DNA of 30,443 nt from a virus (taxonomy: Duplodnaviria > Caudoviricetes). Shown here piece after piece: positions 1 through 8,384 of this stretch (within the stretch, counting starts at the first letter, position 1; each line of letters opens with the position of its first letter). The position numbers were made by a program, and so were the translations under genes. The notes under the pieces are model-generated. The model saw nothing but the letters and a program-made list of their open reading frames with translations, was not told the origin of the DNA and searched no databases. Where the stretch lies: the IMG/VR virus record IMGVR_UViG_3300032232_001030, positions 1-30,443 of that record, one strand, 5' to 3'.

Positions 1-401
1 GTAAGCGTGCCGTCAGCAGCAGTTACTACTAGTGATATAGTGTCAGCAGTTTTTGTATATTGTATAGTGTTACCTTCAATGGAGACAGTTCCACTATTTT
101 GTGGATTTTCACCAAAAAGGTTATTAACTAATTGTGTAGATAGTTGAGCATAGACTCTGCTCTCAAAGTTGTTGAGGAACTTTTGTAAGTTCGTATTTTT
201 TGCTGCAGCGGCCGCATCTTTTGCTGATTGAAGTCTAGCCGTTTCAATCGCTTCTCTACGACTATTTTCTGTATTCTCTATAGTTTGAACGTGAGAAGAA
301 TATCCAATTCCATTGAAAGATGGAGATTTGAATTGAAATGTAAGTTCCGCATAGGCGTTACTTGTTATTAGTAGTATTGCTAGAATCTTTGTGAGCTTCA
401 T
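1..401 (-). CDS. csgF: CsgF-like curli secretion/assembly component (3' end runs off the window)
   Basis: Not in the ORF track; translated by hand from the ATG at 401: MKLTKILAILLITSNAYAELTFQFKSPSFNGIGYSSHVQTIEN...LQKFLNNFESRVYAQLSTQLVNNLFGE...GTVSIEGNTIQYTKTADTISLVVTAADGTLT. It has a signal peptide (AYA site). The mature N-terminus TFQFKSPSFNG resembles E. coli CsgF TFQFRNPNFGG, and a CsgF-like helix plus beta-strand C-terminal half follows. Confidence 0.8.
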   Translation of the reverse strand, partial: MKLTKILAILLITSNAYAELTFQFKSPSFNGIGYSSHVQTIENTENSRREAIETARLQSAKDAAAAAKNTNLQKFLNNFESRVYAQLSTQLVNNLFGENPQNSGTVSIEGNTIQYTKTADTISLVVTAADGTL

Positions 402-639
402 CTTTTTCTTTCTCTTTTAAAGACAAAATGACGTTCACTTTTTGATTGAGTCTAATCAAGTCGTTATCTAACATTCTGATACGATCTATTAGTTCAATCA
501 AAACTTTATTTGATTCACCTATTACAGGGTCAATTTCTTCAGTTACCCATTTCCAAATATAGTAGACGAAATACCCTAATCCGCCTGCGGCTATAATGGG
601 AAACCCATATTTGCTTACTAAATCTGCTATATTATCCAT
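358..639 (-). CDS. Small single-pass membrane protein with coiled-coil tail (GFPI motif; YvrJ/holin-like)
   Basis: 93 aa; YGFPIIAAGGLGYFVYYIWKW TM segment then a heptad-rich tail; overlaps the csgF start; paralog of 639..914. Confidence 0.7.
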   Translation of the reverse strand: MDNIADLVSKYGFPIIAAGGLGYFVYYIWKWVTEEIDPVIGESNKVLIELIDRIRMLDNDLIRLNQKVNVILSLKEKEKDEAHKDSSNTTNNK

Positions 640-914
640 TAATCTCTTCTTGCGTCTGACTGTTCAGCTCTTGCAATTCTATCTAAGTCGGGAGGTATAC
701 CTAATGCATGTGATACCTTAGTATCAATACGAATAACGTCATGGTTCATGGCTGCTACTCGTCTATCCAAAGCTTTGATAATATTACCCATACCTTTTAC
801 AGATCCGGTAACACCATCAAGGATAAATTTAACTGTAAGAAATACGAAATAGCCAGCTGCACATGCAGCTGCAATGGGAAAACCCACTTCAGCTATTAAA
901 TTGAAGATGTCCAT
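639..914 (-). CDS. Small single-pass membrane protein with coiled-coil tail (GFPI motif), paralog of neighbour
   Basis: 91 aa; VGFPIAAACAAGYFVFLTVKFI TM segment; stop/start overlap with the next gene at 639. Confidence 0.7.
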   Translation of the reverse strand: MDIFNLIAEVGFPIAAACAAGYFVFLTVKFILDGVTGSVKGMGNIIKALDRRVAAMNHDVIRIDTKVSHALGIPPDLDRIARAEQSDARRD

Positions 915-946
915 ATTGGTGTCCGTAGCTTAATAAATTACTAAAG

Positions 947-954
947 TATTTATG
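947..954 (-). promoter_or_regulatory. T4-type late promoter (CATAAATA) for the leftward csgF operon
   Basis: Plus strand tatttatg at 947-954 reads CATAAATA on the minus strand, ~33 nt upstream of the ATG at 914; matches the NATAAATA late consensus. Confidence 0.6.
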
Positions 955-955
955 C

Positions 956-984
956 TTGACATACACCAAAGAATGATATATAAT
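956..984 (+). promoter_or_regulatory. Sigma70-type early promoter driving the replication block
   Basis: Perfect TTGACA (956-961), 17 bp spacer, TATAAT (979-984), ~28 nt upstream of the ATG at 1012. Confidence 0.85.
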
Positions 985-1011
985 ATGTAATTCGTGAAAA
1001 AAGGACTAATT

Positions 1012-1320
1012 ATGAATATTATCGCATTAAAACTAATCACCGGTGAAGATGTTCTTGGTGAACTCGAAACAGAATCAGAAACACAAATCGTCATTGAAAC
1101 TCCAGTTGGTATCTCAGTTGTTCGTGGTAAAGATGGCAACCCTAGTATTGGTTTTTCACCATTCCCACTTCATGCTGAACCTAAAACAGGCAATAAATTT
1201 ACATTCAATAAAAAACATGTAGTTTATAGTTATGAACCTGCTGTTGACTTTATTAACAATTATAAACAAATCTTTGGTGCTGGTATTATCACTCCACAAA
1301 AACAAATCATTACAGGATAA
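1012..1320 (+). CDS. Conserved T4-like phage hypothetical protein (Sm-like/beta-barrel type)
   Basis: ATG at 1012 preceded by AAGGA; LKLITGEDVLG...PF...Y...FG.GII.P pattern typical of small proteins lying upstream of gp43 in T4-like phages. Confidence 0.7.
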   Translation: MNIIALKLITGEDVLGELETESETQIVIETPVGISVVRGKDGNPSIGFSPFPLHAEPKTGNKFTFNKKHVVYSYEPAVDFINNYKQIFGAGIITPQKQIITG

Positions 1321-1322
1321 TT

Positions 1323-3854
1323 TTGAAGACTTTCTATACTAATGTTCAATCGATGGGTAATTATATACTCTATCGAGGCGTGAAAGATGGTAAAAGATTT
1401 AAAACAAGAATTGAATACCAACCAACGATGTATGTGCCTTCTCGTAAAGTATCCAATTTCACAAGTTTAGGTGGTGATTATCTTGAACCATTCAAAGCTG
1501 GTGGTATTCGAGACACAAGAGAATTTAATAAAAAATATGAAGGTGTTGAAGGATTTAAAATCTATGGCCAAAATAGATTTGAATATGCCTTTATTGCTGA
1601 ACAACATTCCGATATGGTTGAATGGGATCAAGATTCAATATCAATAGCAATTATCGATATTGAGGTTGGTTCTGAGAATGGCTTTCCTGATCCATATAAA
1701 GCTGATGAACCGATTACCGCTATCGCTATTAAATATATTAATGGTGATATGATTGTATTTGGTTGTGGTGATTATGAAGTTAAAGGAACAGAAAAATATA
1801 TCAAATGTTTGAATGAACATTCACTATGTCATAAGTTTATGGAGCTTTGGTTTAAAAAGTGTCCAGATATCATCACGGGTTGGAATACAAAATTCTTTGA
1901 TATTCCATATATCATTAATCGATTTAGAAAAATACTTGGCGAAGATGAAACTAAAAAGTTATCTCCGTGGGGTATGATCACAGAACGAAAAACAACAATC
2001 AATGGCCGTGAATTAATTGCCTATGATATGATGGGTGTTTCGGCACTCGATTATATCGAACTATACAAATGGTACGCACCTGGCGGTAAATCACAAGAGT
2101 CCTATCGATTAGATTATATTGCTGAAGTTGAATTGGGTAAAAACAAATTATCATATGATGAATACGATAATCTACATGCACTTTTCAAACTAAACTATCA
2201 AAAGTTTATTGAGTATAATATTGTTGACGTTGAACTCATTCAAGAACTTGAAGATAAGTTAAAGTTAATTGAATTGGCTATGACTTTGGCTTATGATACA
2301 AAATCAAATTATGATGATGTATTTGCTCAAACTCGTATGTGGGATTCTTTAACATATAGTTATTTACTCAAACGAAATATCATTGTTCCACCGAGAGAAG
2401 TGAAATCTAAAGATTCTGCTTTTGAAGGTGCTTATGTAAAAGATCCTCAAGTAGGTAAACATGATTGGGTGGCTTCATTCGACTTGAATAGTCTTTATCC
2501 ACATCTCATTATGCAATATAACATTTCACCAGAAACACTTATTGAACCTAAAGATTATACTGAAGAAATGAGAGATATCATTTCAAAAGGTGTTAATGTC
2601 GACAAGTTATTAAATAAAGAAATTGACACTTCTAAATTACAGAACGTAACAATCACTCCTAATGGACAATTCTTTAGAACTGATATGCACGGCTTTTTGC
2701 CAAAAATGATGCTTGAGATGTATGAAGATCGTAAGAAATTTAAAAACTTAATGTTAAAGGCAAAACAAGATTATGAAAACGAACAAGACGAGAGCAAGAA
2801 ATATGAAATCTCAAAACGAATTGCAAGGTACGATAATCTTCAACTTGCTAAGAAAGTCACTCTTAATAGTGCTTATGGTGCTCTTGGTAGTCAATATTTT
2901 AGATTTTATGATTTACGGCAAGCTTTGGCAGTTACATTGGCTGGTCAATTAAGTATTCGTTGGATTGAGAATAAACTTAATGGTTACATGAATAAATTAT
3001 TAAAAACAGAGGATGATTATGTTATTGCGTCTGACACAGATTCTATCTACCTCAAACTTGCGCCGTTGGTGGATGCAATCTATAAAGAAGAAAAGTCAAC
3101 TACAAAAGTTATCTCCTTCATGGACAAAGTTTGTGAAACTAAAATTCAACCGTTTATTGATAGTAGTTATCAGGAACTTGCAGATTATGTCCATGCTCAT
3201 GAACAAAAGATGGAAATGAAACGTGAAGCATTATCTGATAAAGGTATCTGGACTGCCAAGAAAAGATACATTTTGAATGTTCACAATAATGAAGGTGTTC
3301 AATATAAAGAGCCTAAACTTAAAGTTATGGGTCTTGAAATGATTAAGTCATCAACACCATCTGCCGTTCGTGTAAAGATGAAAGAATCCATTAAAGTGAT
3401 GTTAAATGGTACTGAATTAGATGTTCAAAAGTTTATTGCTGACTTTAAAGAAGAATTTAAACATCTTCCCGTAGAAGACATTTCTTTCCCAAGAGGTGTT
3501 AATGGCATGCAAGAGTATAAAGATTCGTCAACTATATATAAGAAAAGCACACCAATACATGCTAAAGGTGCATTGATTTATAATCATTTCTTAAAAGATT
3601 TTAAACTAGACAAAAAATATCAATTAATTCAAAATGGTGAAAAGATTAAATTTGTCTATCTAAAAACACCTAATACATTTAATCAATCAGTAATTTCATT
3701 TCCAAATAGAATTCCTAAAGAATTTGATATTGAGAAATTTGTAGATTACGACTTACAATTTGAGAAAACATTCTTGGACCCTATTAAGATTATCCTCGAT
3801 TGCTTGCATTGGAGTACCGAAAAACAAAGTTCACTAGAGGATTTCTGGTCATGA
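1323..3854 (+). CDS. gp43: Family B DNA polymerase (T4 gp43)
   Basis: TTG start; ExoI DIE, ExoII WNTKFFD, ExoIII YNIVD; Pol motifs DLNSLYP, KVTLNSAYG, SDTDS, KKRY; C-terminal clamp-binding SLEDFW. Confidence 0.97.
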   Translation: MKTFYTNVQSMGNYILYRGVKDGKRFKTRIEYQPTMYVPSRKVSNFTSLGGDYLEPFKAGGIRDTREFNKKYEGVEGFKIYGQNRFEYAFIAEQHSDMVEWDQDSISIAIIDIEVGSENGFPDPYKADEPITAIAIKYINGDMIVFGCGDYEVKGTEKYIKCLNEHSLCHKFMELWFKKCPDIITGWNTKFFDIPYIINRFRKILGEDETKKLSPWGMITERKTTINGRELIAYDMMGVSALDYIELYKWYAPGGKSQESYRLDYIAEVELGKNKLSYDEYDNLHALFKLNYQKFIEYNIVDVELIQELEDKLKLIELAMTLAYDTKSNYDDVFAQTRMWDSLTYSYLLKRNIIVPPREVKSKDSAFEGAYVKDPQVGKHDWVASFDLNSLYPHLIMQYNISPETLIEPKDYTEEMRDIISKGVNVDKLLNKEIDTSKLQNVTITPNGQFFRTDMHGFLPKMMLEMYEDRKKFKNLMLKAKQDYENEQDESKKYEISKRIARYDNLQLAKKVTLNSAYGALGSQYFRFYDLRQALAVTLAGQLSIRWIENKLNGYMNKLLKTEDDYVIASDTDSIYLKLAPLVDAIYKEEKSTTKVISFMDKVCETKIQPFIDSSYQELADYVHAHEQKMEMKREALSDKGIWTAKKRYILNVHNNEGVQYKEPKLKVMGLEMIKSSTPSAVRVKMKESIKVMLNGTELDVQKFIADFKEEFKHLPVEDISFPRGVNGMQEYKDSSTIYKKSTPIHAKGALIYNHFLKDFKLDKKYQLIQNGEKIKFVYLKTPNTFNQSVISFPNRIPKEFDIEKFVDYDLQFEKTFLDPIKIILDCLHWSTEKQSSLEDFWS

Positions 3855-4870
3855 TTTACTTAACCTTTTTATCTGCATTTATTTTATCAGGTATTGCTGG
3901 ATATTATTCAATTGTTGGATTAGCACTCATATTTCCTGGTGCTTTTTGGCCAGTGGTGATTATGGGAAGTGCATTAGAGTTTTCTAAGCTTGTAACTGCT
4001 TCTTGGTTATACAGGCATTGGAAAGTAGCACCTTTATTATTAAAATCATATTTGACAGCTGCTGTTTGTATTCTTATGTTAATCACATCTATGGGTATTT
4101 TTGGTTTCTTATCTAAAGCTCATATTGAACATTCAGTTGAATTAGGTCCTATTGCTGATAAAGTTGCCATATACGAAGAAAAAGTATCATCACTTAAACA
4201 AAGAATTGAAGAAAACAAACGAACAATTAAAACGATGGACAATTCTGTTGATCAAGTTTTATCAAGATCGACATCAGAAGAATCAGCTACAAAATCTGTA
4301 AACATTAGAAAATCACAACAAAAAGAAAGAACAAGATTATCTAATGAAAATTTACAATTACAAAAAGAGATAGCACAGATACAAGAAGAAAAAGCTCCAA
4401 TTATGGCTTCATTAAGAAAGACTGAAGCTGATGTTGGTCCTATTAAATATGTTGCTGAATTGATTTATGGTAATGCCGATTCTGGTATTATTGATAAAGC
4501 AGTAAGACTGGTAATAATGATAATTATGGTTGTGTTTGACCCATTAGCTGTGTTATTATTAATAGCTGCAAATCTAACTTTAACTCTTGGTAAAAAAGAA
4601 GAAATAAAACCAGCACATAAACCAGACTGGCTCGAAGATGACAATCGTGCCGATATTATTGGCCAAAACGGTAATGATGGCGAACATTATGGTGAAGTTG
4701 ATGAAACATCAGTTAAAGTTGAAAAAGAAAACATAACTAATATAGAAGAACCGATTGCTGAAGATATTAATCAGTATGAAAGTCCAGCAAAACAAAAAGT
4801 GGAAACACATCACGCACCAGGTGTTTACGAAGAAGAAGATGTACCTTTTGACCATGTTAAATATAAATGA
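3851..4870 (+). CDS. Multi-pass membrane protein with central coiled coil and acidic tail
   Basis: ATG at 3851 overlaps the gp43 stop (ATGA); three N-terminal TM helices (GYYSIVGL, EFSKLV, TSMGIFGFLSKAH), ~110 aa coiled coil, VFDPLAVLLLIA TM, acidic tail. Confidence 0.75.
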   Translation: MIYLTFLSAFILSGIAGYYSIVGLALIFPGAFWPVVIMGSALEFSKLVTASWLYRHWKVAPLLLKSYLTAAVCILMLITSMGIFGFLSKAHIEHSVELGPIADKVAIYEEKVSSLKQRIEENKRTIKTMDNSVDQVLSRSTSEESATKSVNIRKSQQKERTRLSNENLQLQKEIAQIQEEKAPIMASLRKTEADVGPIKYVAELIYGNADSGIIDKAVRLVIMIIMVVFDPLAVLLLIAANLTLTLGKKEEIKPAHKPDWLEDDNRADIIGQNGNDGEHYGEVDETSVKVEKENITNIEEPIAEDINQYESPAKQKVETHHAPGVYEEEDVPFDHVKYK

Positions 4871-4883
4871 AGAGGAAATTGAA

Positions 4884-5957
4884 ATGAGCATTTTAGATAA
4901 AATTAAAAAGAACACCAGTATCAAAGACGCAGCTATTCTGTCACATTCTAAATTCTTTACTGAAAAGGATATGATACAAACACAGATACCAATTATCAAC
5001 GTTGCGTTATCTGGCAAACTAGATGGTGGATTAACACCAGGTTTAACGATGTGGGCAGGTCCATCAAAACACTTTAAGACTGCTTTCTCATTATTGATGG
5101 CAAAATCATATCTCGACAAATACCCCGATTCGGCTTTATTATTCTACGATAGTGAGTTTGGAACACCGCAATCTTATTTTGATTCTTTTGGTATTGATAC
5201 TAAACGAGTATTACATACACCAATTACTGATATTGAACAATTAAAGTTTGACATCATGCAACAACTTCAAGGTCTTGAACGTGATGATAGAGTTATTATC
5301 GTTGTAGATTCTATCGGCAATTTGGCATCGAAGAAAGAAGTTGAAGATGCACTAGATCAAAAATCAGTTGCTGATATGTCAAGAGCTAAACAAGTTAAAT
5401 CATTATTCAGAATGGTAACACCACATCTTAATCTTAAAAACATTCCAATGATTGTAGTTAACCATACTTACATGGAAATCGGCATGTTCCCTAAAGCTAT
5501 TGTTGGTGGCGGTACAGGTTCTTATTACTCTGCTGATAATATTTTTATTATTGGCCGCCAACAAGAAAAAGAAGGCCAAGATATCATTGGTTATAACTTT
5601 ATTATTAATGTGGAGAAATCAAGATATGTTAAAGAAAAAGCTAAAATACCCGTCACTGTTTCTTTCGAGGGTGGCATTTCTAGGTTTTCTGGTTTATTGG
5701 ATGTTGCTATTGAAGGTAACTTCGTTGTCAAACCATCTAACGGATGGTATTCAAAAGTTGATACTGAAACTGGTGAAGTTCAAGAAAAGAAATATCGTAT
5801 CAAAGAAACTGATACCGAAGATTTCTGGAAAGATATCTTAGCAAGTAAGAAGTTCCAAGAATATATCAAAAACAAATATACAGTAGCATCAGCTGATATT
5901 ATGAATTATTCACAACCAGAAATAGAAGATGAGGAATTCGTAAATGGAAAGTCATAA
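4884..5957 (+). CDS. uvsX: UvsX RecA-like recombinase
   Basis: ATG at 4884 after GAGGA; motifs NVALSG, AGPSKHFKT, YDSEFG, DSIGNLASKKE, VNHTY, KSRYVKEK characteristic of UvsX. Confidence 0.96.
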   Translation: MSILDKIKKNTSIKDAAILSHSKFFTEKDMIQTQIPIINVALSGKLDGGLTPGLTMWAGPSKHFKTAFSLLMAKSYLDKYPDSALLFYDSEFGTPQSYFDSFGIDTKRVLHTPITDIEQLKFDIMQQLQGLERDDRVIIVVDSIGNLASKKEVEDALDQKSVADMSRAKQVKSLFRMVTPHLNLKNIPMIVVNHTYMEIGMFPKAIVGGGTGSYYSADNIFIIGRQQEKEGQDIIGYNFIINVEKSRYVKEKAKIPVTVSFEGGISRFSGLLDVAIEGNFVVKPSNGWYSKVDTETGEVQEKKYRIKETDTEDFWKDILASKKFQEYIKNKYTVASADIMNYSQPEIEDEEFVNGKS

Positions 5958-6144
5958 AAGAACAATTGTCAGAATGATCTCTTATAGATTAACTGCGTGG
6001 TCGTTTACAATATTTTGGACTTGGTTAATTATAGGAGACTTAGCTAAGTCTACTGGTTTTGCTACATCTTTGCATTTACTATTAAGTATTGATTATTATA
6101 TACATGAACGTATTTGGTTAAAAATAAAATGGGGCAAATTATGA
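5944..6144 (+). CDS. DUF2061-like small membrane protein
   Basis: 66 aa; ESHKRTIVRMISYR...YYIHERIW pattern with two TM helices. Confidence 0.75.
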   Translation: MESHKRTIVRMISYRLTAWSFTIFWTWLIIGDLAKSTGFATSLHLLLSIDYYIHERIWLKIKWGKL

Positions 6145-6461
6145 AAGAAGCAGTCGATTATGAATATGTGATTGATGAAAAAGATAAATCATCTGTCCAT
6201 ATTAAATTACTTACCGGTGAATATAAAGATACTATATTCAAATACGGTAAAGTAGGAGTTAAAGAAGAAGATGATAAAGCCTATTTACAATTCAACTATG
6301 ATGTGATACAATCACCTATTAAGAATTTAGAAAAGAAGTTAGAATTTAAGAATTATATTGGTGATCTATTATCAATTATTATTACAAAACAAGTAGACGT
6401 GGAAGAAACATATTATGATGAGAACCGAACTGACGATATTAAAGAATCTGGTATTCAATGA
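6141..6461 (+). CDS. Hypothetical protein (occupies the T4 gp40 position between uvsX and gp41)
   Basis: ATG at 6141 overlaps the upstream stop; IKLLTGEYKDTIFKYGKV...LQFNYDV...IGDLL; synteny only. Confidence 0.65.
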   Translation: MKEAVDYEYVIDEKDKSSVHIKLLTGEYKDTIFKYGKVGVKEEDDKAYLQFNYDVIQSPIKNLEKKLEFKNYIGDLLSIIITKQVDVEETYYDENRTDDIKESGIQ

Positions 6462-7779
6462 TGAATATTCAAAAAAAGTATTACCTTTCATAAAAAGTGA
6501 ATATTTTTCAGATAGAACAGACAAGCTAATTCATGAACAAATTAATGATTATATACTCAAGTATAATTCATTACCATCTTATGAAGCTTTAGTATTATCA
6601 CTTAAAGAAAAAAATGGACTTACTGCCGAAGAGGTGAATAAGTCCACTGAACTTTTACAAGAAATAAATCAAACAAAAAATGAAGAATCCAAACTAGATT
6701 GGTTACTTGACGTTACCGAAAAGTTTTGTCAAGAGAAAGCTATCTATAATGCGGTATTAGATTCTATTCACATTCTCGATAACAAGTCTAAGAACGATAA
6801 AGGGGCTATTCCTGGCATACTTTCCGATGCTCTGGCAGTGTCTTTTGATAGCCATATAGGTCACGATTACTTGGGTAATTCTGATGAACGATATGACTTC
6901 TACCACAGAAAAGAAGAAAGAATACCATTTGATCTAGAGTATTTTAATAAGATCACTAAAGGTGGTTTACCACAAAAGACTTTGAATATTGCTTTAGCTG
7001 GTACCGGTGTTGGTAAGTCGTTGTTTATGTGTCATGTGGCCGCAGGCGCAATGGTTCAAGGACGCAATGTTCTTTACATTACCATGGAAATGGCAGAAGA
7101 AAGAATTGCAGAACGTATCGATGCAAACCTACTAAATGTTCGTCTGGACGATCTCACTGATTTACCAAAAGATGTTTATGACAAGAAAATTGGTAAAGTT
7201 CGTGAAATGACTACAGGAAAGCTAATTATTAAAGAGTATCCGACCGCAGCGGCCAGTGCTGTCCATTTTCGAACACTCCTTAACGAATTGAATCTAAAGA
7301 AGAATTTCGTACCCGATATTATATTCATAGATTACCTAAATATTTGTTGTTCCTCTAGAGTTAAACCTGGGGCTTCCGTCAATTCTTATACTTACATTAA
7401 AGCGATTGCCGAAGAGTTAAGAGGTTTGGCCGTAGAGTTTTCAGTACCAATCGTGAGTGCCACACAAACTACGAGAAGTGGTTTTACTAATTCTGATCCA
7501 GGTCTTGAAGACACATCAGAATCATTTGGTTTACCAGCAACAGCCGACTTTATGTTTGCCTTAATTTCATCTGAAGAGATGGAAGAATTAGGTCAAATCA
7601 TGGTTAAACAGTTAAAGAATAGATATAATGATCCTACACATTATAAAAGATTTATATTGGGTGTAGACCGAGCAAAGATGAAACTATATGATGTTGAACA
7701 AGCTGCACAGGTAGACTTGGTAGATTCGGGTCAGAATCAAAAAACTTTTAAAAAGAATTTCGACGGATTTAAGATATGA
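6415..7779 (+). CDS. gp41: Replicative DnaB-type helicase (T4 gp41)
   Basis: Walker A AGTGVGKS, YITMEMAEE, IIKEYPT, IDYLNIC, SATQTTRSG, KQLKNRY. Confidence 0.96.
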   Translation: MMRTELTILKNLVFNDEYSKKVLPFIKSEYFSDRTDKLIHEQINDYILKYNSLPSYEALVLSLKEKNGLTAEEVNKSTELLQEINQTKNEESKLDWLLDVTEKFCQEKAIYNAVLDSIHILDNKSKNDKGAIPGILSDALAVSFDSHIGHDYLGNSDERYDFYHRKEERIPFDLEYFNKITKGGLPQKTLNIALAGTGVGKSLFMCHVAAGAMVQGRNVLYITMEMAEERIAERIDANLLNVRLDDLTDLPKDVYDKKIGKVREMTTGKLIIKEYPTAAASAVHFRTLLNELNLKKNFVPDIIFIDYLNICCSSRVKPGASVNSYTYIKAIAEELRGLAVEFSVPIVSATQTTRSGFTNSDPGLEDTSESFGLPATADFMFALISSEEMEELGQIMVKQLKNRYNDPTHYKRFILGVDRAKMKLYDVEQAAQVDLVDSGQNQKTFKKNFDGFKI

Positions 7780-8384
7780 ACATAGTCAGAAAACTTAACA
7801 GGTCAGTAGATTCATTAAAACTACAAGGCCTTAAGGTTTCTGACATCACTCGTAAATTAAAAACTAAATTTAAAGAATATTTTATTACTGTTGAGCATCA
7901 TAAAACAATAACAACAGGATTTTCAGTCACAGCTTATCACCATTGTGAGAAACAAAAAAGTAGTTTGTTTGTTTGTAGTAAGAGTGATTGGAGATTAAAA
8001 AAAAAAGAATATGATGATTTTAAATTTGAGATTGTATCTACAATACTACATGAACAGGTACATAATCGACAATTTGAAAAGAGATTAGCAATACTTCATG
8101 AATATGAATGTGACTTTCATAGGAATGATGTGAATAAATCGGAAGACCAAAATTACTATGGTAATCCAGACGAGATAGAAGCATATGCAAATGATATAAT
8201 TCTAGAATTGTCAAAAGCTGGAAAAGTTGAAGAAGGATTGAGAAGGCCGAAGAGAGTTGGAATAAATCATTCTAATTATCTTTATACATATTATAAAGCA
8301 TTTAAATCATTTCGTCATCCTGATATGAAGCGTTTACTTAAAGAATGTTATAAAATTAAAGACAAGGTGAAATGGGAAACTTAA
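7776..8384 (+). CDS. Hypothetical protein with zincin-like HExxH motif (possible metallopeptidase)
   Basis: ILHEQVHNRQ followed by YYGNPDEIEAYA (candidate third Zn ligand Glu); ATGA overlap with gp41. Confidence 0.6.
   Translation: MNIVRKLNRSVDSLKLQGLKVSDITRKLKTKFKEYFITVEHHKTITTGFSVTAYHHCEKQKSSLFVCSKSDWRLKKKEYDDFKFEIVSTILHEQVHNRQFEKRLAILHEYECDFHRNDVNKSEDQNYYGNPDEIEAYANDIILELSKAGKVEEGLRRPKRVGINHSNYLYTYYKAFKSFRHPDMKRLLKECYKIKDKVKWET

Noticed and set aside
930-1139. Minus-strand 69 aa ORF, and the other short antisense or alternate-frame ORFs in the track (e.g. 1999-2181, 3013-3219, 4709-5119, 5500-5841, 16677-17006, 20146-20601, 22643-22978, 27568-27771)
   Set aside because: They shadow well-supported genes, and I saw no convincing RBS or recognisable motifs.
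1323-1352. gp43 begins MKTFYTNVQS, resembling the capsid-targeting leader
   Set aside because: It lacks the terminal (I/L)xE, and FYTNV is the ordinary first strand of gp43-family polymerases.
4755-4883. Longer UvsX N-terminus given in the ORF track
   Set aside because: It overlaps the upstream gene; the RBS and family start (MSILDKIKK) point to 4884.
7997-8006. A10 homopolymer as a phase-variation site
   Set aside because: The ORF is intact and A-runs are common in this Lys-rich, AT-rich sequence.
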